From sequence record SRR20825006_1900: a DNA stretch of 39,977 bases, one strand, 5' to 3'. Positions 27,541 through 37,347 of this stretch are shown one piece after another. Made by a program: the position numbers and the translations under genes. The notes below the pieces were generated by a model. That model had not been told where the DNA came from. It ran no database searches and saw only the letters and a program-made list of their open reading frames with translations. Each line of letters begins with the position of its first letter. Position 1 is the first letter of the stretch.

Positions 27541-28596
27541 ATGGATCTGAATCAACTGAAAGCCCAAATCCAGCAATGGGGCCGTGAACTCGGCTTCCAG
27601 CAGATCGGTATTGCCGATACGGATCTGCACGCGGAGGAAGCGCAATTGAAAGCGTGGCTGGCGAAAGGTTATCAGGGGCAAATGGAGTGGATGTCAGCCC
27701 ACGGCAACAAACGCTTTCGTCCGGGGGAGCTGGAACCGGGCACCCTGCGGGTGATTTCCGCGCGCATGGATTACCTGCCCCCGGACACCCAGCCGGTGAA
27801 GTTGCTGCGACAGAAAGACAAAGCCTATGTGTCCCGTTATGCCCTGGGCCGTGACTATCACAAGCTGATCCGCAAACGCCTGGCGATTCTGGCCAGCCGC
27901 ATTCGCGAGGAAGTGGCGGACAGCGAGCTGGCACGGGCCTTTGTGGATAGCGCCCCGGTGATGGAGAAACCGTTGGCTGCCAAAGCCGGGCTGGGCTGGC
28001 AGGGCAAACACACCTTGGTGCTGAACCGGGAAGCGGGAAGCTGGTTTTTCCTGGGCGAGATCTACACCGACATTGCCTTGCCGGTGGACACCCCCGGCGA
28101 AGACCATTGCGGCAAGTGCAAAGCCTGCATCACCGTCTGCCCCACCGACGCCATTGTGGCGCCATACGAGCTGGATGCCCGGCGTTGCATTTCCTACCTG
28201 ACCATCGAACACGAAGGCAGCATTCCAGAAGAGCTGCGCAAGGGCATCGGCAACCGTATTTTCGGTTGCGACGACTGCCAACTCATGTGCCCCTGGAACC
28301 GCTTTGCCCAACACACCGACGAAACCGATTTCCAGCCCCGCCACGGGTTGGGCGACAGCGATCTGGCGACACTGTTCTCATGGAGCGAGGAAGAATTTCT
28401 GGAACGCACGGCGGGATCGGCGATTCGTCGCGCCGGGTACCTCAAGTGGCTGCGCAATATTGCCGTGGCGCTGGGCAATGCGCCCACCTCCGAGGACATC
28501 GTGCAGGCGTTGAACACCCGGGTGGATTACCCGGATGAGACGGTGCGCGAGCATGTGTTGTGGGCACTGGAGCAGCACGGCTCTGCCAATCCCTGA
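27541..28596 (+). CDS. queG: Epoxyqueuosine reductase
   Basis: YALGRDYH, CGKCKACITVCPT, CISYLTIE, GCDDCQLMCPWN; divergent from nnr. Confidence 0.97.
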   Translation: MDLNQLKAQIQQWGRELGFQQIGIADTDLHAEEAQLKAWLAKGYQGQMEWMSAHGNKRFRPGELEPGTLRVISARMDYLPPDTQPVKLLRQKDKAYVSRYALGRDYHKLIRKRLAILASRIREEVADSELARAFVDSAPVMEKPLAAKAGLGWQGKHTLVLNREAGSWFFLGEIYTDIALPVDTPGEDHCGKCKACITVCPTDAIVAPYELDARRCISYLTIEHEGSIPEELRKGIGNRIFGCDDCQLMCPWNRFAQHTDETDFQPRHGLGDSDLATLFSWSEEEFLERTAGSAIRRAGYLKWLRNIAVALGNAPTSEDIVQALNTRVDYPDETVREHVLWALEQHGSANP

Positions 28597-28629
28597 CAAC
28601 GCTTCGGCCAACTTCCGCGCTGACGCGCG

Positions 28630-28656
28630 GTTCGCACCTCGAGAGGCACTCCTACA
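28630..28656 (-). repeat. GTAG-type REP-like element
   Basis: TGTAGGAGTGCCTCTCGAGGTGCGAAC; 21/27 identical to 33807-33833. Confidence 0.6.
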
Positions 28657-28677
28657 GGCGCTCCGGATCCGGGGTTC

Positions 28678-28730
28678 CGTAGGGCGAAGACAGGCTCACG
28701 CCTATTCACCCTGCGTTTCTTTCCTGTTTT
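28678..28730 (+). terminator. Hairpin plus T-rich tract between convergent queG and orn (REP-like stem)
   Basis: CGTAGGGCGAA...TTCACCCTGCG followed by TTTCTTTCCTGTTTT. Confidence 0.5.
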
Positions 28731-28770
28731 GCATGTCAGCGTGTTGCGTGAAGCGTGCCAGAGGCGCCGG

Positions 28771-29316
28771 TCAGGCGCTAATAAAATGCTCGCGGTAATA
28801 CACCAGCTCGGCGATGGATTCGCGGATATCATCCAGCGCCAAATGCTTGTTCTCTTTACTGAAGCCCGGCAGGATTTCCGGCTTCCAGCGCCGCGCCAGC
28901 TCTTTCAGGGTGGACACATCCAGGTTGCGGTAATGGAAGAAGGCTTCCAGTTTCGGCATGTAGTTGGCCAGGAAACGGCGGTCCTGGCAGATGCTGTTGC
29001 CGCACATGGGCGACATGCCCGCTTCCACATACTGCTCCAGAAACGCGATGGTCTGGGACTCTGCGGCCGCGTCATTCACCATGCTGGCTTTCACTCTCGC
29101 CACCAACCCGGAGTTGTTATGGTGAGTGGTATTCCATTCGTCCATGCCATCCAGTAGCGCATCGCTCTGATGCACCGCCAGCACCGGCCCTTCCGCCAGC
29201 ACATTCAACTCGGCATCGGTAACAATGGTGGCGATCTCAATGATGCGATCGTTTTCCGGGCTTAGGCCGGTCATTTCCAGATCGATCCAGATCAGATTAT
29301 TGCGCTTGTCGGTCAT
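28771..29316 (-). CDS. orn: Oligoribonuclease
   Basis: [31 protein letters not shown]. Confidence 0.98.
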   Translation of the reverse strand: MTDKRNNLIWIDLEMTGLSPENDRIIEIATIVTDAELNVLAEGPVLAVHQSDALLDGMDEWNTTHHNNSGLVARVKASMVNDAAAESQTIAFLEQYVEAGMSPMCGNSICQDRRFLANYMPKLEAFFHYRNLDVSTLKELARRWKPEILPGFSKENKHLALDDIRESIAELVYYREHFISA

Positions 29317-29416
29317 GGGCTCGGCATCTCTTTGCTACGCGGAATGTGGCCTCCATGGTAGCATGCCCCCATTGTCATACTAGATCCCATACCCGAAGAC
29401 AGGACCGCAATAACCC

Positions 29417-30469
29417 GTGGCCAAACGCAAACTCAATCGCCGCCAGCAATGGCGCATCGAAAAGATCCAGGCGGAAAAGCGCGACCGCGCCAACCGTCGC
29501 ACCGACCAGCAGGAAACCCTGGTGGCCGACGATCTGGGCGATGAGCAACACGGGGTCATCACCGCCCACTTCGGCCAACAAGTGGAAGTGGAAAGTGCTG
29601 ACGGTCCTGGCGCTGACAACCGAACAACCCGCCGCTGTCACTTCCGGGCCACCCTGGAGCAACTGGTGGTGGGTGACAAAGTGATCTGGCAGCCCCCCAA
29701 AAGCGAAGGCCTGGGTGTGGTCGTCGCCATTGAGCCCCGCGACACGGTGCTCAAACGCCCGGACCTGTACGGCAACCTGAAACCGGTCGCTGCCAACGTG
29801 GAGCAGATGCTGGTGGTGTTTGCGCCCTTGCCTACCCCCTCCAGCTCGTTGCTGGACCGTTATCTGGTCGCGGCGGAACTCTCTGACATTCCCGCCACCC
29901 TGGTCCTCAACAAGGCCGACCTGATCGACGAGACCCTGCGTCCGTTTGTGGATGAACTGTCCGCCATGTATCGCACCCTGGGTTATCCGGTGCTGGAAGT
30001 ATGCGCCCATCAGAGCGAAGGGCTGTCGCCACTGCACGAAGCGCTGATTGGCAAAACCAGCGTCTTTGTCGGGCAATCCGGGGTAGGCAAGTCCTCGCTG
30101 GTTAATGGCGTATTGCCGGAGGCCGACCTGCAGGTGGGCGAGCTGTCCAGCAACTCCGGCCTGGGCCAACACACCACCGTCACCGCCCGATTGGTCCACC
30201 TGCCCACCGGTGGCCAGCTGATCGATTCCCCCGGCATCCGCGAATTCGGCCTGTGGCACATCGGCGAAGACGACCTGCTGCACGGCTACCGGGAGCTCTC
30301 CGAGCTGGCGGGTTACTGCAAATTTCGCAATTGCTCACACCGCAACGAGCCCGGCTGCGCACTTATCGCTGCCGCCGACAATGGCGACATCGACGAAGAA
30401 CGACTGAGTAACTTCTACCAGATTGCCGACACTCTGGACGAGGAAGGACGGGAACGCTATTCCAGTTGA
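29417..30469 (+). CDS. rsgA: Small ribosomal subunit biogenesis GTPase RsgA
   Basis: NKADL, GQSGVGKSS, GQHTT, DSPGIREF, CKFRNCSHRNEPGC. Confidence 0.98.
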   Translation: MAKRKLNRRQQWRIEKIQAEKRDRANRRTDQQETLVADDLGDEQHGVITAHFGQQVEVESADGPGADNRTTRRCHFRATLEQLVVGDKVIWQPPKSEGLGVVVAIEPRDTVLKRPDLYGNLKPVAANVEQMLVVFAPLPTPSSSLLDRYLVAAELSDIPATLVLNKADLIDETLRPFVDELSAMYRTLGYPVLEVCAHQSEGLSPLHEALIGKTSVFVGQSGVGKSSLVNGVLPEADLQVGELSSNSGLGQHTTVTARLVHLPTGGQLIDSPGIREFGLWHIGEDDLLHGYRELSELAGYCKFRNCSHRNEPGCALIAAADNGDIDEERLSNFYQIADTLDEEGRERYSS

Positions 30470-30600
30470 CAGCTGTTAGTGGACAGTTGACAGCGAAACC
30501 CGGCTACCAGAACGCCGTTATATAAGGAATAATGGGCCGCTCCAAGACGCGCTGTTTTGACTTTTAGCTGTCAACTTTCAACTGTCCACTATCAATTGTC
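30463..30600. repeat. Inverted pair of degenerate heptamer (NAGTTGA) tandem arrays
   Basis: TAGTGGACAGTTGA (30477-30490) is the exact reverse complement of 30578-30591, and further heptamers flank both arms. Confidence 0.75.
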
Positions 30601-30604
30601 TTTT

Positions 30605-31423
30605 ATGCTGCCATTGCTGCTCGAACCCGCCGAACTCGCCAATCGCCTTGACGCCGACAAGCTGCTCATCCTCGACCTGAGCAAGCCCGCCGTTTACGTG
30701 CAGGCCCATGTGCCCGGCGCCATTCACCTGGACTTCAAGCGCTTGCAGACCGGCGCCCAGCCTGCGCCGGGCATGATCCCCTCGGATGACGCCCTGAGCG
30801 ACCTTTTCTCCGAGCTGGGCCTGACCCCGGACACCCACGTTGTCGCCTATGACGACGAAGGCGGCGGCTGGGCCGGGCGACTGCTGTGGACCCTGGACGC
30901 CATCGGCCACAAGCACTACAGCTACCTGAACGGGGGCATCCACGCCTGGCTGGCAGAAGGTCACCCCACCAGCAGCGAAGCCCACGACCCAACCCCCAGC
31001 GATTATGAAGTGGGCGCCCATGATCCTCTCACCGAAGTGGACCTGGATTATCTGCTGGCCCACTATCAGGATGACGACGTGGTGATCTGGGATTCACGCT
31101 CCCTGGACGAATTCGACGGTGTGCGTGCTTTCGCCCAGAAAGCCGGGCACATTCCCGGTGCTCGCCACCACGAGTGGACCGAGCCCATGGACAAGCAGAA
31201 CAATCTGCGACTGCGCCCCCTGGACGATATCCGTGCCGAACTGGCCACCCTGGGCATCACCGGCGACAAGGAAGTGATTACCCACTGCCAGACCCACCAC
31301 CGCTCCAGCTTTTCCTGGCTGGTGGGCAAACTGCTTGGCTTTGAACGCATGCGCGGTTACGCCGGCTCCTGGGCGGAATGGGGCAACCATCCGGACACCC
31401 CGGCAGAAAAGTCCGATGCCTGA
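30605..31423 (+). CDS. Two-domain rhodanese / thiosulfate sulfurtransferase (RhdA-like)
   Basis: HVPGA, GHIPGA, active-site HCQTHHRS, YAGSWAEW. Confidence 0.93.
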   Translation: MLPLLLEPAELANRLDADKLLILDLSKPAVYVQAHVPGAIHLDFKRLQTGAQPAPGMIPSDDALSDLFSELGLTPDTHVVAYDDEGGGWAGRLLWTLDAIGHKHYSYLNGGIHAWLAEGHPTSSEAHDPTPSDYEVGAHDPLTEVDLDYLLAHYQDDDVVIWDSRSLDEFDGVRAFAQKAGHIPGARHHEWTEPMDKQNNLRLRPLDDIRAELATLGITGDKEVITHCQTHHRSSFSWLVGKLLGFERMRGYAGSWAEWGNHPDTPAEKSDA

Positions 31424-31498
31424 CGCGGCCAAATCAAAAAGCCCCAAACCGGGCGGCTCGCACCACACCCCATTAATCACAAAACCAAGGATTTCCCC

Positions 31499-32365
31499 TT
31501 GAACAACTGGCGCGACAAACTGTTTGTTACCCTGCAATACTTGGTTCCCCAGCACGGCCTGTCCCGGCTGGTGGGCATGCTGGCCCGCAGCGAAGTGCCG
31601 TGGATCAAGACCACTTTCATCAACCAGTTCATGAAGCGGTTTGGCATTGACTTGTCCGAAGCGCAAATTGAAGACGCGGACCAGTTTCCCACCTTCAATG
31701 CCTTTTTTACCCGGGCCCTGAAAGCCGACGCCCGGCCACTGGAAGCCAGCGGCGACAACGACATTGCCTGCCCCGCGGACGGCGCCGTTAGCCAGCTGGG
31801 CGCCATTCGTGCCAATCAGGTATTCCAGGCCAAAGGCCACGACTACTCACTGTACGACCTGCTTGGCGGAGACAGCGCCCTGGCCAGCGAATTCACCAAC
31901 GGCCAGTTCGCCACCATCTACCTCTCCCCCCGCGACTATCACCGGGTGCACATGCCCTTTACCGGCACCCTGCGCGAAACCCGCTACGTGCCCGGCGATC
32001 TGTTCTCGGTGAACGAAGCCACCGCCAACGGCGTGCCCAACCTGTTTGCCCGTAACGAACGGCTGGTGTGCATCTTTGATACCGAACAGGGCCCCATGGC
32101 AGTGATTCTGGTGGGCGCCATGATCGTCGCCGGCATCGAAACCGTGTTCAGCGGCCAGGTGACGCCGCTGCCCAAACAGGTGGTCACCACCGACTACCTG
32201 CGTACCGCCCCCATCACCCTGAAAAAAGGGGAGGAGCTGGGGCGCTTCCTGCTGGGCAGCACCGTGGTCATGCTGTTCCCGGAAGGCAAAGCCGGGTTTG
32301 CCGACGACCTGAAAGCGGGTAGCCAGGTGCGGGTCCGCGGCAAACTGGGAGCTTACACCCACTAG
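31499..32365 (+). CDS. psd: Phosphatidylserine decarboxylase proenzyme
   Basis: [25 protein letters not shown] self-cleavage motif. Confidence 0.97.
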   Translation: MNNWRDKLFVTLQYLVPQHGLSRLVGMLARSEVPWIKTTFINQFMKRFGIDLSEAQIEDADQFPTFNAFFTRALKADARPLEASGDNDIACPADGAVSQLGAIRANQVFQAKGHDYSLYDLLGGDSALASEFTNGQFATIYLSPRDYHRVHMPFTGTLRETRYVPGDLFSVNEATANGVPNLFARNERLVCIFDTEQGPMAVILVGAMIVAGIETVFSGQVTPLPKQVVTTDYLRTAPITLKKGEELGRFLLGSTVVMLFPEGKAGFADDLKAGSQVRVRGKLGAYTH

Positions 32366-32516
32366 GCAGCACATCCCCGCCCCCGCCGCAATGACCCCCA
32401 ATGCGGCCAATCGGGGCGGGTATCCCCCCTGACATCAACCGCGGTCCGTACGGCAACTGTGCCAGCCCGCATCTTCCCTACAATAACCGGCCGTAGATCT
32501 TTAGCCGGTAGAATCC

Positions 32517-33662
32517 ATGCTCACAGACACCCTGCAACAGGCTGTTCAAACCCGAACCCGCCCCTGGCGACAACGCCTGGACAATGGCCGTGCCCGTCTA
32601 TTCGATGCCCGGCAACTGAGCCAGGCGGAACAGACCCCCTACGACACTCTGTTCGATGATGGTCTGGTGAAACTGCGTTACTACCCGCCCTTGACGGAAA
32701 ACGCCATCCCATTATCCGACGGCACTGTGGTCCCGGTGAGCCAGACCAGCCAGCGTACTCCGCTGGTGCTGGTAGCTCCGCTGGCGGTGAACATGCTGAT
32801 TTATGATCTGTTTCCCCAGCGAAGCCTGGTGCGTTATCTGCGTGCACGGGGTTTTGAACTGTACATGGTCGACTGGGGCCGCCCGGGTCGCCATCACAAT
32901 CACCTGAGCCTGAGCAGTTACTTTGCGGACTATCTACCCAAGCTGCTGGTGCAGGTCCGCCAGCACAGCGGGCAGAAAACATTGAGCCTGCACGGCTGGA
33001 GCTTCGGCGGGCTGTTCAGCCTGTGCTACACCGCCCTGGGCAATGACCCGGATATCAAGAACCTGGTATTGATCGGCGCGCCCACGGATTATCACCGCAA
33101 CGGCGCACTGGGCGGCCAGTACCGTGCCCTGAGCCGGCGCGCCAAGTGGATCCGCAAACGCACCGGCCTGCGCATTCACAATGTGCCAGCGGACCTGCTG
33201 CGCTCACCGGGCTGGGTAAACAGCCTGGCGTTCAAGCTCACCAATCCGATAGGCAGCCTGCAGGGCTACTGGAGCCTGCTAAAGAACCTGCACGACCGTG
33301 ACTTCGTCTCTTCCCACGCCACCAACGGGGCCTTTCTGGATGACATGGTTGCGTACCCCGGCGGCGTCATTCAGGACATTGTTCGCTATCTGTGGACTGA
33401 TAACGTGGTCGCTCACGGCCAGCTGCCCATGGCAGGCACCAACGGACACCTGAACCAGGTCACCGCCAACGTACTTAACATCACCGGTGCCAACGACCCT
33501 ATTGTCACCCCGGAATGCAGCCAGGCCATGAAACCGTTGATTCGCAGCAAGGATAAAACCTTTATCACCATTGATGGCGGGCACATGGGCATCCTGGGCA
33601 GCGCCGCTGCGCAGAAACAGAGCTGGGGACGCATTGCGGACTGGTTGATAGAGCGGGATTAA
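32517..33662 (+). CDS. Alpha/beta hydrolase related to class III PHA synthase (PhaC-like, Ser nucleophile)
   Basis: PLVLV.PL..IYDL.P.RSLVRYL..GF..Y.VDWG, GWSFGG, DPIV, GGHMG. Confidence 0.75.
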   Translation: MLTDTLQQAVQTRTRPWRQRLDNGRARLFDARQLSQAEQTPYDTLFDDGLVKLRYYPPLTENAIPLSDGTVVPVSQTSQRTPLVLVAPLAVNMLIYDLFPQRSLVRYLRARGFELYMVDWGRPGRHHNHLSLSSYFADYLPKLLVQVRQHSGQKTLSLHGWSFGGLFSLCYTALGNDPDIKNLVLIGAPTDYHRNGALGGQYRALSRRAKWIRKRTGLRIHNVPADLLRSPGWVNSLAFKLTNPIGSLQGYWSLLKNLHDRDFVSSHATNGAFLDDMVAYPGGVIQDIVRYLWTDNVVAHGQLPMAGTNGHLNQVTANVLNITGANDPIVTPECSQAMKPLIRSKDKTFITIDGGHMGILGSAAAQKQSWGRIADWLIERD

Positions 33663-33806
33663 ATAGCTGCGACGAGCTGCTAGTGACTAGAACAACGCGG
33701 GTTAGGCACGGTGCCTCACGGTGGCCGCTCTGCCCGCAGGATCCAGTTGAAAGTTCAAAGTTGAAAAGGAAAACCGGAGCGACACCAGCCTCTCCGTTGG
33801 CCCTAC

Positions 33807-33833
33807 TGTAGGAGCCCAACTTGAGGGGCGAAC
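33807..33833 (+). repeat. GTAG-type REP-like element
   Basis: TGTAGGAGCCCAACTTGAGGGGCGAAC; related to 28630-28656. Confidence 0.6.
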
Positions 33834-33943
33834 CGAGCGGAGCGAGGCGACAGGAATCCAGGTCTACCCGCAATGTTTCCTGAAACCTGTCGAGCCCAAG
33901 GAACTTTTCTGGCTTTACCTATCTGTTTTTCGCAACTCGCAAC

Positions 33944-33977
33944 TTGTCATATAACAGTCATTCTTGCCGCCTAGTCT
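33944..33977 (+). promoter_or_regulatory. Pho box (PhoB-type direct repeat) with -10 element
   Basis: TTGTCAT-ATAA-CAGTCAT (33944-33961), 10-nt spacer, TAGTCT (33972-33977). Confidence 0.72.
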
Positions 33978-34012
33978 GAAAGACGTTTCCGCTGACGACA
34001 GTGTTCGCTTTC

Positions 34013-35065
34013 ATGCCTCGCCTGTTGATTCTTTTCCCGTGCAGTCACATGGGCAATCTGCTGATTGCCCTGCCACATTTACGCGCCATGCTATCGACAC
34101 ATCCGGATGCCTTGCTGGTGGTTGATGCGCGCTACCAAACATTGGTGAAGCAAAGTTTACCCGGCGAAAAGCGGCTTCTTTTTTACCCGGAACAGGCACT
34201 CTCTTCGTCCCAACCGTTATGGCAACGGATAAAACACTATCTGATGTTTGTTCATGCCATGCGACGTTTTCGCGCAGACCTTTGTATAGACATTGAAGGC
34301 GAACAGAAATCCGCCACGCTGAGCCGGCTGTCCGGTGCGACAACACGCATCGGCCCACCGCGCCGCCATGGCCACTGGTTCTATAACATGTCGCAGGAAC
34401 CGGACTGGCAAGGGCACCGCTGGCAGGGATACGCCAGCCTGAGCCAACCGGCGGCAAGCGCGCCAGCGCATTACCTGCCGCTGGTCGAATGCACTGACAG
34501 CAACGCGCGCATTTGCGCCTTGCTGCCCATGCACGCCGCTGATACACGGCTGATCGTGCATGTCGGTGCAACCAAGACGTACAAAATGTGGCACGCGGAA
34601 CAATTCGCCTCCCTGTGCCAGCAGGCACGTCGAGCCGGACTCACCCCCATACTGATCGGGGCCGGTCACAAGGACCGTGTGCAAATTGCCCGCGTGCAAT
34701 CCTTTCTCTGCGAACCGGTGCTGGATCTGTGCGATCAACTCAACCTGTCGGAATTCATCGCACTTCTGCAACACAGCCGAGCCTATGTGGGTAACGACAG
34801 CGGCCCCATGCATCTGGCGGCGGCCTGCGGTATTCCCACCGTCGGCCTGTTCGGCCCCACCAACGACAACCTCTGGCGCCCGCTATCACCCCACGCCCGC
34901 GTATTGCGCTGGCAAGCCTGCGCTGCGGAATGCGAGCGCAGCAGCTGCGTGCAGGACACCTACCCCTGCCTGCAACGCATTACTGTGGATCAAGTGATGG
35001 ACACGCTGTTGGCGCTGGGCGTGCCTGTCGGCGCACATGCCAACACATCCCGACGCGCGGTATAA
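34013..35065 (+). CDS. Glycosyltransferase family 9 (LPS heptosyltransferase-like)
   Basis: HMGNLL, HVGATKTYKMW, GNDSGPMHLAAA, GLFGPT; start is either GTG 34001 or ATG 34013. Confidence 0.9.
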   Translation: MPRLLILFPCSHMGNLLIALPHLRAMLSTHPDALLVVDARYQTLVKQSLPGEKRLLFYPEQALSSSQPLWQRIKHYLMFVHAMRRFRADLCIDIEGEQKSATLSRLSGATTRIGPPRRHGHWFYNMSQEPDWQGHRWQGYASLSQPAASAPAHYLPLVECTDSNARICALLPMHAADTRLIVHVGATKTYKMWHAEQFASLCQQARRAGLTPILIGAGHKDRVQIARVQSFLCEPVLDLCDQLNLSEFIALLQHSRAYVGNDSGPMHLAAACGIPTVGLFGPTNDNLWRPLSPHARVLRWQACAAECERSSCVQDTYPCLQRITVDQVMDTLLALGVPVGAHANTSRRAV

Positions 35066-35129
35066 CAGGCCAGCACACCCCGCTTTGATCAACAGCATGA
35101 TCACCAACGAGACGCTTGCCTGAAGCCGG

Positions 35130-35163
35130 AAAAAAGAAAACGCAGCCCGTCTCCGGACTGCGT
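35130..35163 (-). terminator. Intrinsic terminator of the phosphatase operon
   Basis: ACGCAGTCCG-GAGA-CGGGCTGCGT-TTTCTTTTTT on the minus strand. Confidence 0.8.
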
Positions 35164-35220
35164 CATTGTCAAAAAATGGATCTGCCTTTGTTGTTGTGGG
35201 AATGCGTTTTCTGCCTCCGA

Positions 35221-37347
35221 TTACAAACCGTCGAACAACCCGGCCAACAAGCCAGTGATCGGCGACAACAAATCCAGCAAGGGCGCCAGCGGGCTCAACA
35301 AGCGCTCATCGAGCTGCTCTGTGACTTCCCGCACCACCGTGAGCAACACCGATGACAAGGCATCGCCTGGCAAGGTGGTGTATTCCTCTGCACCGGGAAT
35401 CTGGTTAAGCCACAGGACATCATTCACCAGGTGTTCCAACGTTGCCTGCACCGTACCCACCAGCTGCTCACCGGTAGCACTGCTATCCAACATCACCAAC
35501 TGCTCCAACGTATTGGCCAGCCCCAGTGATACCGTAGAAAGCACGGAGGTAAGCCCGGCGAAGACCGGCACTTCCCCTGGCACCTGCTCCTCAACGCCAT
35601 CCAGAATATTGTTCAGGTTGCGCGACAGAGACACCAGCGGCGCAGCAATAAAGGCAATGTCGTCTACGGTGCTGCCGTCGCCGCCCAGGCCCACATCGCC
35701 GCTACCCGTACCGACGCCGGCGGCCAGGGCATCAAAGGCGCTGCCAAGCTGGTCAAAGGGTGCCGGCAGGCCACTGGTATCGATGGCCTGCAACTGCTCG
35801 GAAGCCGCCAGTACCGCCTGTACCGATTGCGTCATTTCACTGCTGTCGCCTTCCAGAATCGCCGCGGTTGCCGCGTCCATGGCATTGAACAGGATGTCCG
35901 TACCGGCAATGATCTGGTCGAACACCTGACGCTGTTCTTCCGGCAGGTTGGCCCCCACTTCAGTAAAGCCGGACACCAATGTCTCACGCAGTTCTTTCAA
36001 CGGGCCGGTGAAGTCCGCATCGAAACCATCCGGCAGCGGTAACGGCAATGCACCATCACCCAGCGGCTGGCCGGAGAAATCGTTGTTGCCACTGAGCAGC
36101 ACCATGGGCTGCTTCTCATAGCAATGGGTATAGGCCGGCGTCAGCTCACCGCCACTGATGACACCCAGGCCTTCCGCTTCCGGGTCCACCGTATAGGCTT
36201 CGATGCAGAGCTGAGCCGGAGCCATGGTTTCGGCATTCGCCTCTACCGCTTTCATCCAGAAAAATCCGTAAACATCCCCTTGCTGAAACCGGGCAGTGTT
36301 ACGCTCCGGATCATCAATGGATCGAGTCTTGCCTGCAGCACCACTGACAACAAACTCCGTGCGCCCACAGGACGGCACGGCATTGAGCACCTGTAAATCG
36401 TGGTCATGACCGGCGAAGAAAAAATCGGTCTGGTCACAGACCGCTTCTTCCATGAACGCCTTCCAGCGCTCACCAGCCAACACCGGTAACAGTTCACTGG
36501 GTACGCCATCGTAGTTGCCCGCGTTACCGTGACTGCCATTGGATAAATACGGATGGTGCGCCATGCCAATCCGGAACACCGCATTGGAACCGGCGATGGC
36601 ATTTACTGCCCAGTTGCGCTGGTCCACACCGTAGGTGTGATAGGCGTAGGCGATATCCGGGTCAGCAAAGCCACCCGCAATGGGATTGGAATCCAGAGCA
36701 AAGAAATCCACCAGAGGGCGCTCCCCCTGAGAGGTATTGCCCGCACTGTGTTTGAAATAACGATCAGGCATATTCCAGCGGTCGGACAGGCGGCCATCAA
36801 AGTAGGAATAATCCACCTGGAATTCGCCACGGGCATTGCCCGCCCCGTCGCCTCCCACGTAACCGGTATTGTCATGGTTACCCAGCACCATGTAGAACGG
36901 CAGCTGTACCGGCTCAAACGGTTTTTCGAATTTTTCCGCGAACTGGGGATCATCCACGCTGGTGACCCCGGACTCATAAATGTTGTCGCCCAGCCCGACC
37001 ACCAGATCGCACCCTGCAAAGGCCATGTCACCGATAAATTCATCCTTGCCGTCACAGACATCGGCTATCGCCTGCCCCACGGCATACTGGCCCGCAGAGC
37101 CGCTACCGGAATCGCCAATCACAATAAAGCGTACCGCCGCTGGCGGGTTACTGACGGTTTCGCCGCCGCCATCCGGCTCACCGTCCCCTTCACCTTCACC
37201 TTCCCCACCACCATCACCGGGGCCATTGGGGGTTTCCACATTACCGCTTCCGGCATCCGCATTCGCACCACCAGAGGAGCCTCCTCCGCCGCAGGCCGTC
37301 AGGGTAATCGCCGCCACCAGGGGTAACAGTTTCCAGTAAGCGTTCAT
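35221..37347 (-). CDS. Lipoprotein metallophosphoesterase (purple acid phosphatase-like) with a long C-terminal helical extension
   Basis: Lipobox LTAC; GDSG, GDNIY, GNHD, HHP, GHDH motifs. Confidence 0.87.
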   Translation of the reverse strand: MNAYWKLLPLVAAITLTACGGGGSSGGANADAGSGNVETPNGPGDGGGEGEGEGDGEPDGGGETVSNPPAAVRFIVIGDSGSGSAGQYAVGQAIADVCDGKDEFIGDMAFAGCDLVVGLGDNIYESGVTSVDDPQFAEKFEKPFEPVQLPFYMVLGNHDNTGYVGGDGAGNARGEFQVDYSYFDGRLSDRWNMPDRYFKHSAGNTSQGERPLVDFFALDSNPIAGGFADPDIAYAYHTYGVDQRNWAVNAIAGSNAVFRIGMAHHPYLSNGSHGNAGNYDGVPSELLPVLAGERWKAFMEEAVCDQTDFFFAGHDHDLQVLNAVPSCGRTEFVVSGAAGKTRSIDDPERNTARFQQGDVYGFFWMKAVEANAETMAPAQLCIEAYTVDPEAEGLGVISGGELTPAYTHCYEKQPMVLLSGNNDFSGQPLGDGALPLPLPDGFDADFTGPLKELRETLVSGFTEVGANLPEEQRQVFDQIIAGTDILFNAMDAATAAILEGDSSEMTQSVQAVLAASEQLQAIDTSGLPAPFDQLGSAFDALAAGVGTGSGDVGLGGDGSTVDDIAFIAAPLVSLSRNLNNILDGVEEQVPGEVPVFAGLTSVLSTVSLGLANTLEQLVMLDSSATGEQLVGTVQATLEHLVNDVLWLNQIPGAEEYTTLPGDALSSVLLTVVREVTEQLDERLLSPLAPLLDLLSPITGLLAGLFDGL

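Noticed and set aside
30524-30567. Tiny ORF MGRSKTRCFDF with an AAGGA RBS inside the heptamer element
   Set aside because: Only 11 codons, out of frame with the rhodanese gene, and no supporting evidence.
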